A stretch of DNA of 64,000 nucleotides from Arsenophonus sp. (lineage in GTDB: Bacteria > Pseudomonadota > Gammaproteobacteria > Enterobacterales > Enterobacteriaceae): NCBI GenBank assembly GCA_031446125.1, contig CP132909.1, forward strand, positions 340,678 through 404,677, written 5' to 3'. The position numbers and the translations under genes were made by a program. The notes beneath the pieces are model-generated. The model searched no databases. It was not told the origin of the DNA and saw only the letters and a list, made by a program, of their open reading frames with translations. Positions within the stretch are counted from its first letter, which is position 1. Every line of letters begins with the position of its first letter. This document shows, piece by piece, positions 12,366 through 23,207 of this stretch.

Positions 12366-13697
12366 ATGCTTAAAAAAATTGTTATTGCTAACCGTGGTGA
12401 AATTGCTTTACGTATTTTACGTGCCTGTAAAGAATTAAAAATACAAACTGTTGCAGTACATTCTGTAGCTGACCGTAATTTAAAACATGTATTACTTGCT
12501 GATGAAACTGTTTGTATAGGCCCCGCCCCATCAAATGAAAGCTATCTTAATATCCCATCAATAATTTCTGCTGCAGAAATTACCGATGCAGAAGCAATTC
12601 ATCCTGGCTATGGTTTTTTATCTGAAAATGCTGATTTTGCTGAAAAAGTAGAATGTTCTGGTTTTATATTTATTGGACCTAAAGCAGAAACTATTCGTCT
12701 TATGGGTGATAAACTATCTGCTATTCAAGTTATGAAAAAAACAGGTATTCCTTGCATTCCTGGATCTAATGGACCTTTAGGGAAAAATATAAAAATTAAT
12801 AAAAATATTGCTCAACAAATTGGTTATCCTATAATTATTAAAGCATCAGCTGGGGGTGGCGGACGTGGTATGCGTATTGTACGTAATGAAAATGAATTAG
12901 AACAAGCAATTATATTAACACGAGCTGAATCTAAAATAGCTTTTAATAGCAGCATGGTTTATATAGAAAAATTTTTACAAAATCCACGACACATTGAAAT
13001 TCAAGTTCTTTCTGATGGGCAAGGTAATGCAATTTATTTATCAGAACGTGATTGTTCAATGCAACGCCGTCATCAAAAAGTTATTGAAGAAGCACCTGTA
13101 CCAGATGTTCCAATAGATATAAGAAAAAATATTAGTGAATGTTGTGTAAAAGCTTGTCTTGATATTGACTATCGTGGGGCTGGAACATTTGAATTTTTAT
13201 ATGAAAATAAAAAGTTTTACTTCATTGAAATGAATACTAGAATTCAAGTTGAACATACTGTCACTGAAATGATTACAGGAATTGATCTCATTAAAGAACA
13301 AATAAAAATTGCTTCTGGTTTACCATTGTCTATAAAACAAAAAGATATTAAAATTCATGGACATTCTATCGAATGTCGGATTAATGCGGAAGATGCAAAA
13401 ACTTTTTTACCTAGCCCTGGTAAAATTCTTCGACTACACATTCCAGGTGGTTTGGGTATACGATGGGAATCACACATTTATACAGGTTATACAGTACCAC
13501 CTTATTATGATTCCATGATTGGGAAATTAATTACTTATGGAGAAAATCGTGAAATTGCTATTTTACGTATGAAAAATGCCTTATCTGAATTAATTATTCA
13601 TGGCATTAAAACTAACATAGAGTCACAGCAAAAAATTATAAGCGATAAAAATTTTTTAAAAGGGGGGACTAATATTCACTACTTAGAAAATCAATAA
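12366..13697 (+). CDS. accC: Biotin carboxylase subunit of acetyl-CoA carboxylase
   Basis: [24 protein letters not shown] matches the E. coli AccC N-terminus, and the [13 protein letters not shown]-grasp loop is present. The ATG at 12366 has GAGG 6 nt upstream. An upstream ATG at 12354 overlaps the accB stop (TAATG) and is the alternative start. Confidence 0.95.
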   Translation: MLKKIVIANRGEIALRILRACKELKIQTVAVHSVADRNLKHVLLADETVCIGPAPSNESYLNIPSIISAAEITDAEAIHPGYGFLSENADFAEKVECSGFIFIGPKAETIRLMGDKLSAIQVMKKTGIPCIPGSNGPLGKNIKINKNIAQQIGYPIIIKASAGGGGRGMRIVRNENELEQAIILTRAESKIAFNSSMVYIEKFLQNPRHIEIQVLSDGQGNAIYLSERDCSMQRRHQKVIEEAPVPDVPIDIRKNISECCVKACLDIDYRGAGTFEFLYENKKFYFIEMNTRIQVEHTVTEMITGIDLIKEQIKIASGLPLSIKQKDIKIHGHSIECRINAEDAKTFLPSPGKILRLHIPGGLGIRWESHIYTGYTVPPYYDSMIGKLITYGENREIAILRMKNALSELIIHGIKTNIESQQKIISDKNFLKGGTNIHYLENQ

Positions 13698-14931
13698 TTT
13701 TACATGAATATATTTTAAAATTTATTAGATATTTCTGCATCATTAATGATAAAAAACGTATACTTATTCTTTTTTTTCTTTTTTTATAATTTTGGTTTTG
13801 ATTTATATATAAAAAACATTCTTAATAATTAACATTAAAACTTGAACAGTGTAAAATAAAAAAATTTATCATAATAATTCAAAATTTATTGCAGATAAAT
13901 ATTTTTTAAAAAAAGTTTATTTAAAAAATAAATAAGTGATAAAATATTTTCTTATATTGTTTTTTTTATAAAATAATTTTTATATTATATTTTAGAATAA
14001 TTTATTTATAATTAATATATATTTAAAAAATAACATATTGAAAATTTTTCTTTTAAATTTTATAAAAAATTAGTTATATTTAACGTAACAATTTTTATTA
14101 AATATACTAAATACAAAAATTTTCTATTATTATTTTTAATATATTACCAAATTTTTTTTTATAATTAAACCATAACAAATTTTGCATTTTTATTTTAAAT
14201 AAAAAAATAATTTTACATAAAATAGAAAATAATATAATCATTTTGTTAAAAAACATTTTTTTTAGAAAAAATCTTAAAAGATTATTTTTTTTGTTATATT
14301 TATATAAATATTATTTCAGTAACATAAATATTTTACAATATAAATTTTATTTTATCCTGAATTTTATTTTTATTTTTAAAATAAAAATAGTAATCTTAAA
14401 TTACAAAAAAATTATAAATAATTTATTTACTGCTATAAAAAACAATATTTTAAAAAAATATCTTTATTTAAAAATCGAAACTTCTCTAGTATAAATGCAA
14501 AAAAAATATTAAAATATCTAAATAATCATTAAAAAAATATTTTTGATTAGAAAAAACATTTTTTAACGTTCAAAAAAACAAAAAAAATAACTAAGAAATA
14601 TTAATAAAATATAAATTTAAAATTAATGATTCATTAATAAAATTATTACAAATCATAAAAAATCTTTTCAAGTATAAGATATAATTTTAAAAATAAAAAA
14701 TAGTAACAATAATTCTTCTTTTTTAAAAATTTAATCACTAAATAGTTCTTTTTACAAAAGAATATAAACATTATATAAAATACCCTGATCAGACATACAA
14801 AAATACAAAAATAAAAATTTACAAATAAAATGAGCTTTAAAAAAAAATCAAAAATATTAAAAAACAAAAGATTATAATATTTATATATTCAAATAATTTC
14901 CTATTTATTTTTTTAAAAGAGCAATAAAATT
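13698..14931. other. ORF-poor AT-rich spacer at the ancestral yhdT-panF-prmA-dusB position
   Basis: 1234 bp between accC and fis. The only ORFs are two K/N/I/F/Y-rich low-complexity ones. E. coli has four genes between accC and fis. Confidence 0.6.
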
Positions 14932-15234
14932 ATGTTAGAAAAATATAAAAATTTTTCTTTATTAACAACAGTAAGTAAAACAAACTTAACAAAAAATAAA
15001 ATTCAAAAACCATTAAGTGATTTAGTTAAGCAAGCACTTCAAAACTATTTTTTTCAAATTAATAATGAAAATGTAAATGACTTATATAAATTAGTTCTTT
15101 CTGAAGTAGAAAAACCATTACTAGATATAGTAATGGAATATGCTAAAGGAAATCAAACAAAAGCTGCATTAATATTGAGCATCAATCGTGGAACTTTACG
15201 AAAAAAATTAAAAAAATATGGAATAATTGAATAA
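14932..15234 (+). CDS. fis: Nucleoid-associated DNA-binding protein Fis
   Basis: 100 aa versus 98 in E. coli. The C-terminal [29 protein letters not shown] and [17 protein letters not shown] are visible. Confidence 0.93.
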   Translation: MLEKYKNFSLLTTVSKTNLTKNKIQKPLSDLVKQALQNYFFQINNENVNDLYKLVLSEVEKPLLDIVMEYAKGNQTKAALILSINRGTLRKKLKKYGIIE

Positions 15235-15274
15235 ATATATGAAAAAATATAAAATAATAGAAAAAATATTTTTT

Positions 15275-16132
15275 CTAAGATTCTAAAACTAAACGAATTT
15301 TTTTCATCGCATTTTTCTCTAATTGCCGTATACGTTCAGCAGATACATTATATTTATCGGCTAAATCTTGCAAAGTAATTTTGTTTTCTTCATCAAGCCA
15401 ACGTGTACGAATAATATTCTGACTACGCTGATCTAAAGTACTTAATGCTTGCATTAATTTATCACTAGCATAACTTCCCCAATTATCTTCTTCAATACTA
15501 CCTGCAAAATCAGAAGATTTATCTTGCAAATATAAAGCAGGTGCAAAAATAGCGTGCTCAGCATTATCATTATCATTATTTATGTCTAATGCCATATCTT
15601 GTGCGGACATCCTTGATTCCATTTCGCGAACATCTTTACTACTGACTCCTAATTCTTTTGCAAGCATATTGACTTCTTTTTGATTAAACCAACCAATTCT
15701 TGTTTTGTTTTTTCGTAAATTAAAAAATAATTTACGTTGTGCTTTAGTGGTCGCTACTTTAACTATCCTCCAATTACGTAATACATATTCATGAATTTCC
15801 GCTTTAATCCAATGAATAACAAAAGAAACTAACCGTACACCAATATCAGGATTAAATCGACGAACAGCTTTCATTAATCCAATATTGCCTTCTTGTATAA
15901 GATCTGCTTGAGGCAATCCATAACCAGAATAATTACGTGCTATATGAATTACAAATCGTAAATGAGACAATATCAATTGTTTAGCTGCATTTAAATCACC
16001 ATAATAATAAAGTTTTTTAGCATATTTTTGTTCTTCTACTATTGTTAGTATAGGATACGCGTTAGCTAATCTTACATAAGCTTCAATACTACCTTGTGGA
16101 ATTAATGCCAATGATTGTCTATCTTTTATCAT
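15275..16132 (-). CDS. rpoH: Heat-shock sigma factor RpoH (sigma-32)
   Basis: 285 aa. Region 2 ([20 protein letters not shown]) and the RpoH box ([12 protein letters not shown]) are present. GAGGA lies 5 nt upstream of the ATG. Confidence 0.96.
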   Translation of the reverse strand: MIKDRQSLALIPQGSIEAYVRLANAYPILTIVEEQKYAKKLYYYGDLNAAKQLILSHLRFVIHIARNYSGYGLPQADLIQEGNIGLMKAVRRFNPDIGVRLVSFVIHWIKAEIHEYVLRNWRIVKVATTKAQRKLFFNLRKNKTRIGWFNQKEVNMLAKELGVSSKDVREMESRMSAQDMALDINNDNDNAEHAIFAPALYLQDKSSDFAGSIEEDNWGSYASDKLMQALSTLDQRSQNIIRTRWLDEENKITLQDLADKYNVSAERIRQLEKNAMKKIRLVLES

Positions 16133-18402
16133 TGATATCCTCTTTTAAATTAAATAAAGTCAATAAAAGAAAAATTTTTTTAAAAAAAATTACATCTAGA
16201 AATTAAATCTGTTATAGATATATTAAATCTTTTAATTTAATTCTATAATACCAAAAAATGCAAAAAAATAATAGATTAATTAAAAATTAGTTAAATTTAT
16301 GAAATAAAAAACTTTAAAATATTATATTTAAAATAATAATGATTATTACTACGCTGTACAATACTTTTAATGATTAATTTTTAATATATCATCAACTGAA
16401 AAAAATAAAAATTTCAAAAGAACCATAAATAAAATAAACTGAAAAAGAATTTTTTTTCTCCAATATTTTAATATAGAAAAACAAAAAACTATATTTTTCT
16501 TAGTTTTTTATAAAAAATATTGTATTTTAGATTATCTCTAATGACTAAAAATGCTTTAATAATAATTAATATAGCTAAAAAATAACATGTTACCGACTAA
16601 ATTATTTAACACAGGAAAATAAAAAATATAATTATGCATTTTTTATTCCTGTAAATTTATTTATGTTCACCACAAATATTTGTAAACAATTTAAAGTCTT
16701 TAAAATTAATTTTAATTTTAATAGTTTTGATAGATGATTTAAAATTTTAAAATAAATTAAAAAATAAAATTTCATTACAAAATTTTATTATTAATTCTTC
16801 TTATAAATATAAATATTTATAATAATTTATAATTTTAAAACATTTTTTTTATAAAATACTTTCTAAAAAAAATACATAAAAAATAATAATGTTATAAAAA
16901 TTATAATTAAAGTTATTTTTAAAATAATTTTTCTACAACATTAAAAAAATATTTAATAATTTATTTAACTAAGATGACCAAATTTTTTTTATTATCTTCT
17001 TGCAATCTTAATATTAAATGTTTAATAAAAAAAAATAATTACTATTATGATCTTTTTTCTTCTATCATTATTTATTTATAATTTGCTAATTATTTGCATA
17101 AATCATAGATTATAAATAGCTATTAAAGATATTAAAAAATAATTTAATATCGCATAAAAACTTTTTTTAATAAAAAACATCTAAATTATATTTTGTATTC
17201 ATCTATTAATAATAAGCTAGATTAATTTTTTATTAAAAAAAGTAATATTTTACCTAAAACGTTACTATTCAACTTATAATAATTAATTTAAGTAACATTT
17301 TTTGTAAAAAAAAATTAGTATATAATCAATATACAGATAAAAAATAAGTAGCATCTACAAAAAAATTACAACAAAGAAACATCATCGAAAAAAAATAATT
17401 AGATAATAGACTGCTATTTTAAGAAACTAATCTATCTAAGAAAAAACTTCTTTTTAAAATAGCAAAATTGAGATAATCTTTAAATCAAAAATATTAAAAA
17501 TAATAACCTAAATTCATTAATTAAAAAAAATAACTATTTAAATATTTTTTAAATTTTCAATAACCAGTTAAAATCTCATCCAAATTTATATGAAGCATAC
17601 GAATATATTAATTAATTTTTAATAAACATTTGTTAAAGAAATAAACTTTTCCAAAATATTCAAAATAAAATGTTGAAAATCCTTGAAATTCTTACTTAAA
17701 AATAACTGCCACTAAAATTATGAAAAAAAAGTACAAAAAATCAATATTTTTTGCTAATTTCAAAATAAAAAAATAAAATTTTTAATGTATTAGAAACAAA
17801 AAAATCGTAAATAAATGCATTTTTTTAATATTAATTTTTATTAAAATTATTTCTTCTTATCATTATCCATAAAATATCTTTGCTTTTTATGTAAAAAATA
17901 TTCATTAAAAAATTTAAAAGTCTGACGTATTATTTATGTTAATATATCACTGATTTGCAATTAAATTTCTAACGTTGATTTTAAAAAATATGTTTCATCA
18001 AATAAAAAAAACTGCAAATGTCTATACTTATATTCTGCATTCTTCTAAATAAACTTTTAAAAGTTTATTTTATAATGTTTTATAAATTTTACTGATTTCT
18101 CTAAAAATTTATTTATTACTTTTATGAAAACTATTTATTTTTTAATAAAAAATTTTCTTTAATTAAAATTTGTATTTGTTGATTGATTTCTTCAAATTAA
18201 TTACTTTATTTTTTACATTAATTTAAAATTAATCTTTTATTCTTGAATTAATGCATATTTATAAAATTATAAACACCAAAAAATTATTTCATGTTTATTT
18301 ATCTAAAATCTTTTTTAAAATTTTTAATTAAAATTTTTTTCTTTATAAAACTATCAATATTCAATTAAATATATAATCTATTTAAAAAAAATTATACATA
18401 AT
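16133..18402. other. 2.27-kb ORF-free AT-rich spacer at the ancestral ftsX-ftsE-ftsY position
   Basis: The track shows no ORF of 60 aa or more on either strand. The flanks are rpoH (-) and rsmD (+), which flank ftsYEX in E. coli. Confidence 0.65.
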
Positions 18403-18987
18403 ATGGATCCAAAAAAATTGAAAAAAAAATATCATAAATTAAAAGGTATTCGCATTATTGGTGGAAAATGGAAAGGACGCACACTGTCTGTTTTAAATGC
18501 TAAAGATTTACGACCAACTAAAAACAAAATTAGAGAAACTTTATTTAATTGGTTAAAACCAGTTATTAAAAAATCTTATTGTCTTGATTGTTTTTCTGGC
18601 AGTGGAGCTTTAGCAATTGAAGCACTTTCTCATTATGCTGATTTAGTAACTTTAATTGAAATAAATTATTCTGTTTTTATTCAATTAAAAAAAAATTTAA
18701 ATAAATTAGAAATAAAAAATGCAGAAGCGATTAAAAATAACACAATAAATTATTTATCAAAAACAGGAAAAAAATATAATATTGTTTTCCTTGATCCACC
18801 TTTTTATAAAAATTTGTTAGAAAAAACAGTATGGTTATTGGAAATGAATGGATGGTTAACCAAAAATAGTTGGATATATATTGAAGTACCAATAAACACT
18901 AATTTAAATATATTACCTCCTAATTGGAACCTTCATCGCAAAAAAAAATCTGGTAAAGTAAATTACTATATTTATATTCGTAATTAA
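18403..18987 (+). CDS. rsmD: 16S rRNA (guanine966-N2)-methyltransferase RsmD
   Basis: 194 aa. LRPTKNKIRETLFNWL, the SAM-binding CLDCFSGSGALAIEALS and VFLDPPF are visible. Confidence 0.88.
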   Translation: MDPKKLKKKYHKLKGIRIIGGKWKGRTLSVLNAKDLRPTKNKIRETLFNWLKPVIKKSYCLDCFSGSGALAIEALSHYADLVTLIEINYSVFIQLKKNLNKLEIKNAEAIKNNTINYLSKTGKKYNIVFLDPPFYKNLLEKTVWLLEMNGWLTKNSWIYIEVPINTNLNILPPNWNLHRKKKSGKVNYYIYIRN

Positions 18988-19350
18988 ATTTTCAAGAAAA
19001 AAAATCTATAAAATAATCTTAAAATTTTTAATGTTTATTTTTGAAAAATAAAAAAAATCGTATTAAACTTTTTTTATAATAATTATTAATCAATTATTTA
19101 TTAGTAACTAAAAAAATAATTAAAAAGTTATTCTAAATATATAATTTAATAATCATCAAAAATAATTGTTTCTTTTTAATAAATTATTAGATTATTTTTA
19201 TTGATATCGAATCTCATTAATGTTATAGATTATTATCAAATAATACAAATTTTATTACAGTATAATTAATTAGAACAAAAAACCAAAAAACAATATTCTG
19301 CATATAAAAAATATGTTTATTTACCATAAAAAGAAGTTGTTTAATAAAGA

Positions 19351-19596
19351 TTAAGTTTTTTTTAGAATTAAATAACAATACGGTAATTTTTGATTTTCTT
19401 TTAATAGAAGCTTATGTTTCATAAAACGACAAAAAACTGGAATGTCTACGGTTATTGATGGATCATCAGAAATAATAAACAAATTTTCATTTATATGCAT
19501 TTTTCGAATTTTTTTTCTTATCATCATCATTGATTCAGGACAACGTAAACCTTGTATATCAAGAATTTGATCAAAATTATATAAAAAACACGACAT
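19351..19596 (-). CDS. tusA: Sulfur carrier protein TusA
   Basis: LDIQGLRCPESMMMIRKKI carries the catalytic Cys motif, and PYCYLILKK aligns with E. coli TusA. The track ORF begins at a TTG at 19635. The ATG at 19596 gives 81 aa, the same as E. coli. Confidence 0.88.
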   Translation of the reverse strand: MSCFLYNFDQILDIQGLRCPESMMMIRKKIRKMHINENLFIISDDPSITVDIPVFCRFMKHKLLLKENQKLPYCYLILKKT

Positions 19597-20143
19597 AAAA
19601 ATATCTCTCAAAACACTTTCTATAAAATATAACAAAAATAAAATGCTGAATATAAATTTTATATAATGCTTTAAATAAAAAATTTATTAAAAATAATATG
19701 GTACTTTTTTTATTTAAAAAAAAAGATTTCAAATATATAATGTTTTTTATAATATATAAAATTTTTAATATTTAAAATTAATATTTTAATGCATAGAATT
19801 ATAATTTTATAATAATAATATTACTTGTATAAATCTAGTTTATGATAACATAAATATTATAATATATTAAATTAAGATTTTTAATGTAACAGATTTTATT
19901 TTTAAATAAATCAAATAAATAAAGCATTTCATCAATAAATATTTTTTAAAAAAAACTATTAGAATTATAAAATATTTTATTAATAAATTTTTATAAAAAA
20001 TAATGATTTACTCGCATAAATTATTAATTTTAAAAATTATTTTGATTTTATTAGTACTTTTACTTTATAAATTTATATTTAAATTACATATTACTTTTAT
20101 CTATTAAAAAATAAAATTAATACCTATATCTAACAAAATTATT

Positions 20144-21127
20144 TTAAGCACGTTCTATAGAAAAAGACATAACATCAGTAATTGTTTCTATTTTCAAAGC
20201 TAACATAAGTAAACGATCAATACCTAAAGCTACACCGGCACAATCAGGCATCACCTGATGTAATGCCGCTAAAAGATATTTATCTATTGGTTGTATAGGT
20301 AACCCAATTTTTTTTCTAATTTTATTGTCATTTTGAAAACGTTTTTTATGTTCTTCCTGATCAGTCAATTCACAAAAACCATTAGCTAATTCAATACCTT
20401 TAAAATAAACTTCAAAACGTTCTGCAACCCTATTATCTTCTTTACTAATTTTAGCCAATAATGCTTGTGATGCAGGAAAATGATAAATAACTGTAGGTTC
20501 CTCTTTTCCTAAATGAGGCTCAATTCCCATTGTAAATAAGAATTGCAATAAAATATCCTTATCTTTTTCTGTATATGCATTGCTCAAACCTAACTTAAAT
20601 GCTGCATCACATAATATTTTTTTTTCTAATTCTAAAGACAATGGATCAATATTTAGATAACGCTGAAATACTTGTTGATATGAGATTCTATTCGTTGGAA
20701 CACAGTCTAAAATGTGTTGTAATAAATCATCTACTTCGTCAATAAGTCGATACATATCATAATTTGGTCTATACCATTCAAGCATAGTAAATTCTGGGTT
20801 ATGATAACGTCCTTTTTCTTTATTACGAAAAGATTTTATCATTTGATATATTGGTCCACTTCCTGCAGCGATTAAACGTTTCATATGATATTCAGGACTT
20901 GTGATCATATACATTTTATTAATATTATCATAAATTAAGGGGGCAATAAATTGAGTTTCGAAAGGAAAAAGATTAACATCCGTTACTGTGAATTTACTTA
21001 ATATAGGTGTTTCAACTTCTACTACACCACGATCAATAAAGAATCGTCTAATTTCATTAATAACTTTAGACCTTTTTAATAAATTATTAATAGATATATT
21101 CGGTTGCCAATGTACTCTTTCATTCAT
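20144..21127 (-). CDS. epmA: Elongation factor P--(R)-beta-lysine ligase EpmA (PoxA/GenX)
   Basis: 327 aa versus 325 in E. coli. LysRS-like class II motifs are visible: [31 protein letters not shown]. Confidence 0.92.
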   Translation of the reverse strand: MNERVHWQPNISINNLLKRSKVINEIRRFFIDRGVVEVETPILSKFTVTDVNLFPFETQFIAPLIYDNINKMYMITSPEYHMKRLIAAGSGPIYQMIKSFRNKEKGRYHNPEFTMLEWYRPNYDMYRLIDEVDDLLQHILDCVPTNRISYQQVFQRYLNIDPLSLELEKKILCDAAFKLGLSNAYTEKDKDILLQFLFTMGIEPHLGKEEPTVIYHFPASQALLAKISKEDNRVAERFEVYFKGIELANGFCELTDQEEHKKRFQNDNKIRKKIGLPIQPIDKYLLAALHQVMPDCAGVALGIDRLLMLALKIETITDVMSFSIERA

Positions 21128-23207
21128 TATAAAACTCCAAAAGAGAAGATAACCCGCTTAATTTATAAATTTAACTAAAAAAATACTTTTTATATTAAAA
21201 GTATGTAATTATACAATTTAAACAAATCAAATTTCAAGCTTATGCAAAAAATACCAATACGATATTGATTAATAAACAATGAATAAAGTTACATATAAAT
21301 TTATATAATTAATATAGATTTTTTAAAATTATCAAAAAAATATTTTGATTAATTAAATTTTATATAATAAAATATATTTTATTATATCATTTATAAAAAA
21401 TATAACAAATTGTTCTTTAACATAATTGATATACGCTTATTTTAATAAAAATAAGTTTACACAAATTATACTACTAATAATTTAAAATATTTGATTTAAT
21501 CTTATCTTAATATAAAAGTTAAATTTTATGATATTTATTTTTACCTATTATATATAAAATCATAATACAGTATATAATAAATTATAACAAATTAAATTAT
21601 TATAGAGTCTATAATAATTTAATCTATTAATTTATTAGTTTTTAAAATAATAAGTATTCTTAATTTAAAAACATTAATTCAAATCATTATATCATAAAAA
21701 AATATTTAATGTTTTTTTATAAAACACTTATAATTTAAAAATCATATATGCCTTTTTTCTAATAAAATTTTATAAAAATCTTATTAGAAATAGTATTTCT
21801 AATATTTTATTGAAGACAGTATATTATGTTTATTTAATATATAAAAAGTATGTAATTGAATAAATCATAAAACTACTAAAAAAGATATTGGTTAATTTCT
21901 GTTATATAAAAATACTGTGTAAGCATTTACAATGTCGTAGTTTTACAGAAAAAATGAAATTGGTATTTAACAAATTTTTTATTTAAATAAACACAACATA
22001 TTTTTAAAAAAAATAAAATTTTATATAATACCTATTAGATTTTATATTTCACATCAAATAAAATTATCTCTTCAATAACTATGCCAATTATAAATTTTAA
22101 ATACATATATAAAATTTATATATATTCTATAAACAAAAAATATTACTTATATAAAAATTATTTATATAAAAAATTAATTAATTTCAAAAAATTTTATATA
22201 AATCGCTTTATTAAATATTATAAACAAAGAAAAGAATATCAATATAATATTTTAATGAAAACTCAAATCAAAAATTGCATCTTATATAGAAATATCAAAA
22301 AATCATTATATTTTATCATTAATTTTCTTACTTAAATTTTTCATTCACACACTTAATTTTTAATAATTCAAAAATTTCTTTTTAAATAATTTTTTTCAAA
22401 AAATAATAAACAATAAATTTTATTTTTTATTGCAAAAATATAACATAAAATATTAATATAATAATTAGAAAGAATTATTTCAAAAAAAGAAAAATAGGTT
22501 GATTAAAATCTAACAAAAATACTAATATTTATTTAATTTTTTTTAAAAAAAATATATTTCAAATAAATATAAATTTTAAAATACATAATACATATAATAA
22601 TATTAATATATAAAATATTCTTATATTTACATATTATTTTTAAAAATAATTTTTATACCATCTTTTTGAAAACGTTAAAATATAAAAAAACATCGAAAAA
22701 AGTGAATTATTACATACAAAATCTTATATATACTTTTAGGAAAAATCTACAAAATTAATATATAAGATAATTGAAATACATCATAAGTATATAAATAAAA
22801 AATAATTGTACAAAAAAGCATTATTCAATAAGTAATAATTTTGATCGATGTATGAAATATTAAAAATAGATTTATATTTTTTACTTAAAAAAATATTAAA
22901 ATATTTTAATAATTAATTTAAAAATTAAATTAAATAAATCTGAATTTATTAGCCTATTGTACATAACGTAAAACGTATGTAAAATTATAATTTATAATAT
23001 AAAAATATGATCTAAACTTACTAAAATTTTTTTCAAATTCAATTCTTTAATTTTTTACAATATTAAAATATTAAATTTAATTTATATTAAATATTAATAC
23101 TTAATAAATTTAGAAATAAATTTAGAATAAATATTTTCAAAAAAAGATTACAATTCTCATTTATGATATACTTATGTAGAATTTAAATAAGAGGTCATAG
23201 CTAATAT
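21128..23207. other. 2.08-kb AT-rich non-coding spacer at a synteny breakpoint (epmA | plsB)
   Basis: It contains only one low-complexity 84-aa ORF (22081..22335). epmA and plsB are not neighbours in E. coli. Confidence 0.6.

Noticed and set aside
14243-14867. Two ORFs in the accC-fis spacer, 14243..14494 (+, 83 aa) and 14646..14867 (-, 73 aa), considered as novel small proteins or dusB/prmA remnants.
   Set aside because: Their translations are K/N/I/F/Y/L low-complexity strings typical of random AT-rich DNA. They show no resemblance to DusB, PrmA or PanF and have no Shine-Dalgarno sequence. With a stop-codon frequency near 0.1 per codon, a few ORFs of 70-85 codons are expected by chance in about 17 kb of spacer.
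17412-17464. 14-bp stem (one G-U pair) with a 24-nt loop, tgctattttaagaa / ttctttttaaaatagca-type inverted repeat. Other palindromes noted at 46364-46377 (atcataattatgat), 45682-45700 and 13739-13752.
   Set aside because: With A+T this high, the per-position match probability for inverted repeats is about one third. Several stems of 11-14 bp are expected by chance across the spacers. None is followed by a T-run as a terminator would be, and none is repeated elsewhere in the window.
17863-17871. DnaA-box-like TTATCCATA in the rpoH-rsmD spacer, considered as part of a replication origin.
   Set aside because: It is a single copy with one mismatch to TTATCCACA. No cluster of boxes, 13-mer AT-repeat organisation or flanking origin-linked genes (gidA/mioC/dnaA) are present. 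One such 9-mer is expected by chance in this amount of AT-rich DNA.
22081-22335. 84-aa ORF in the epmA-plsB spacer.
   Set aside because: It has the same low-complexity Y/K/I/N composition, no recognisable motif and no ribosome-binding site. Its length is within chance expectation for this composition.
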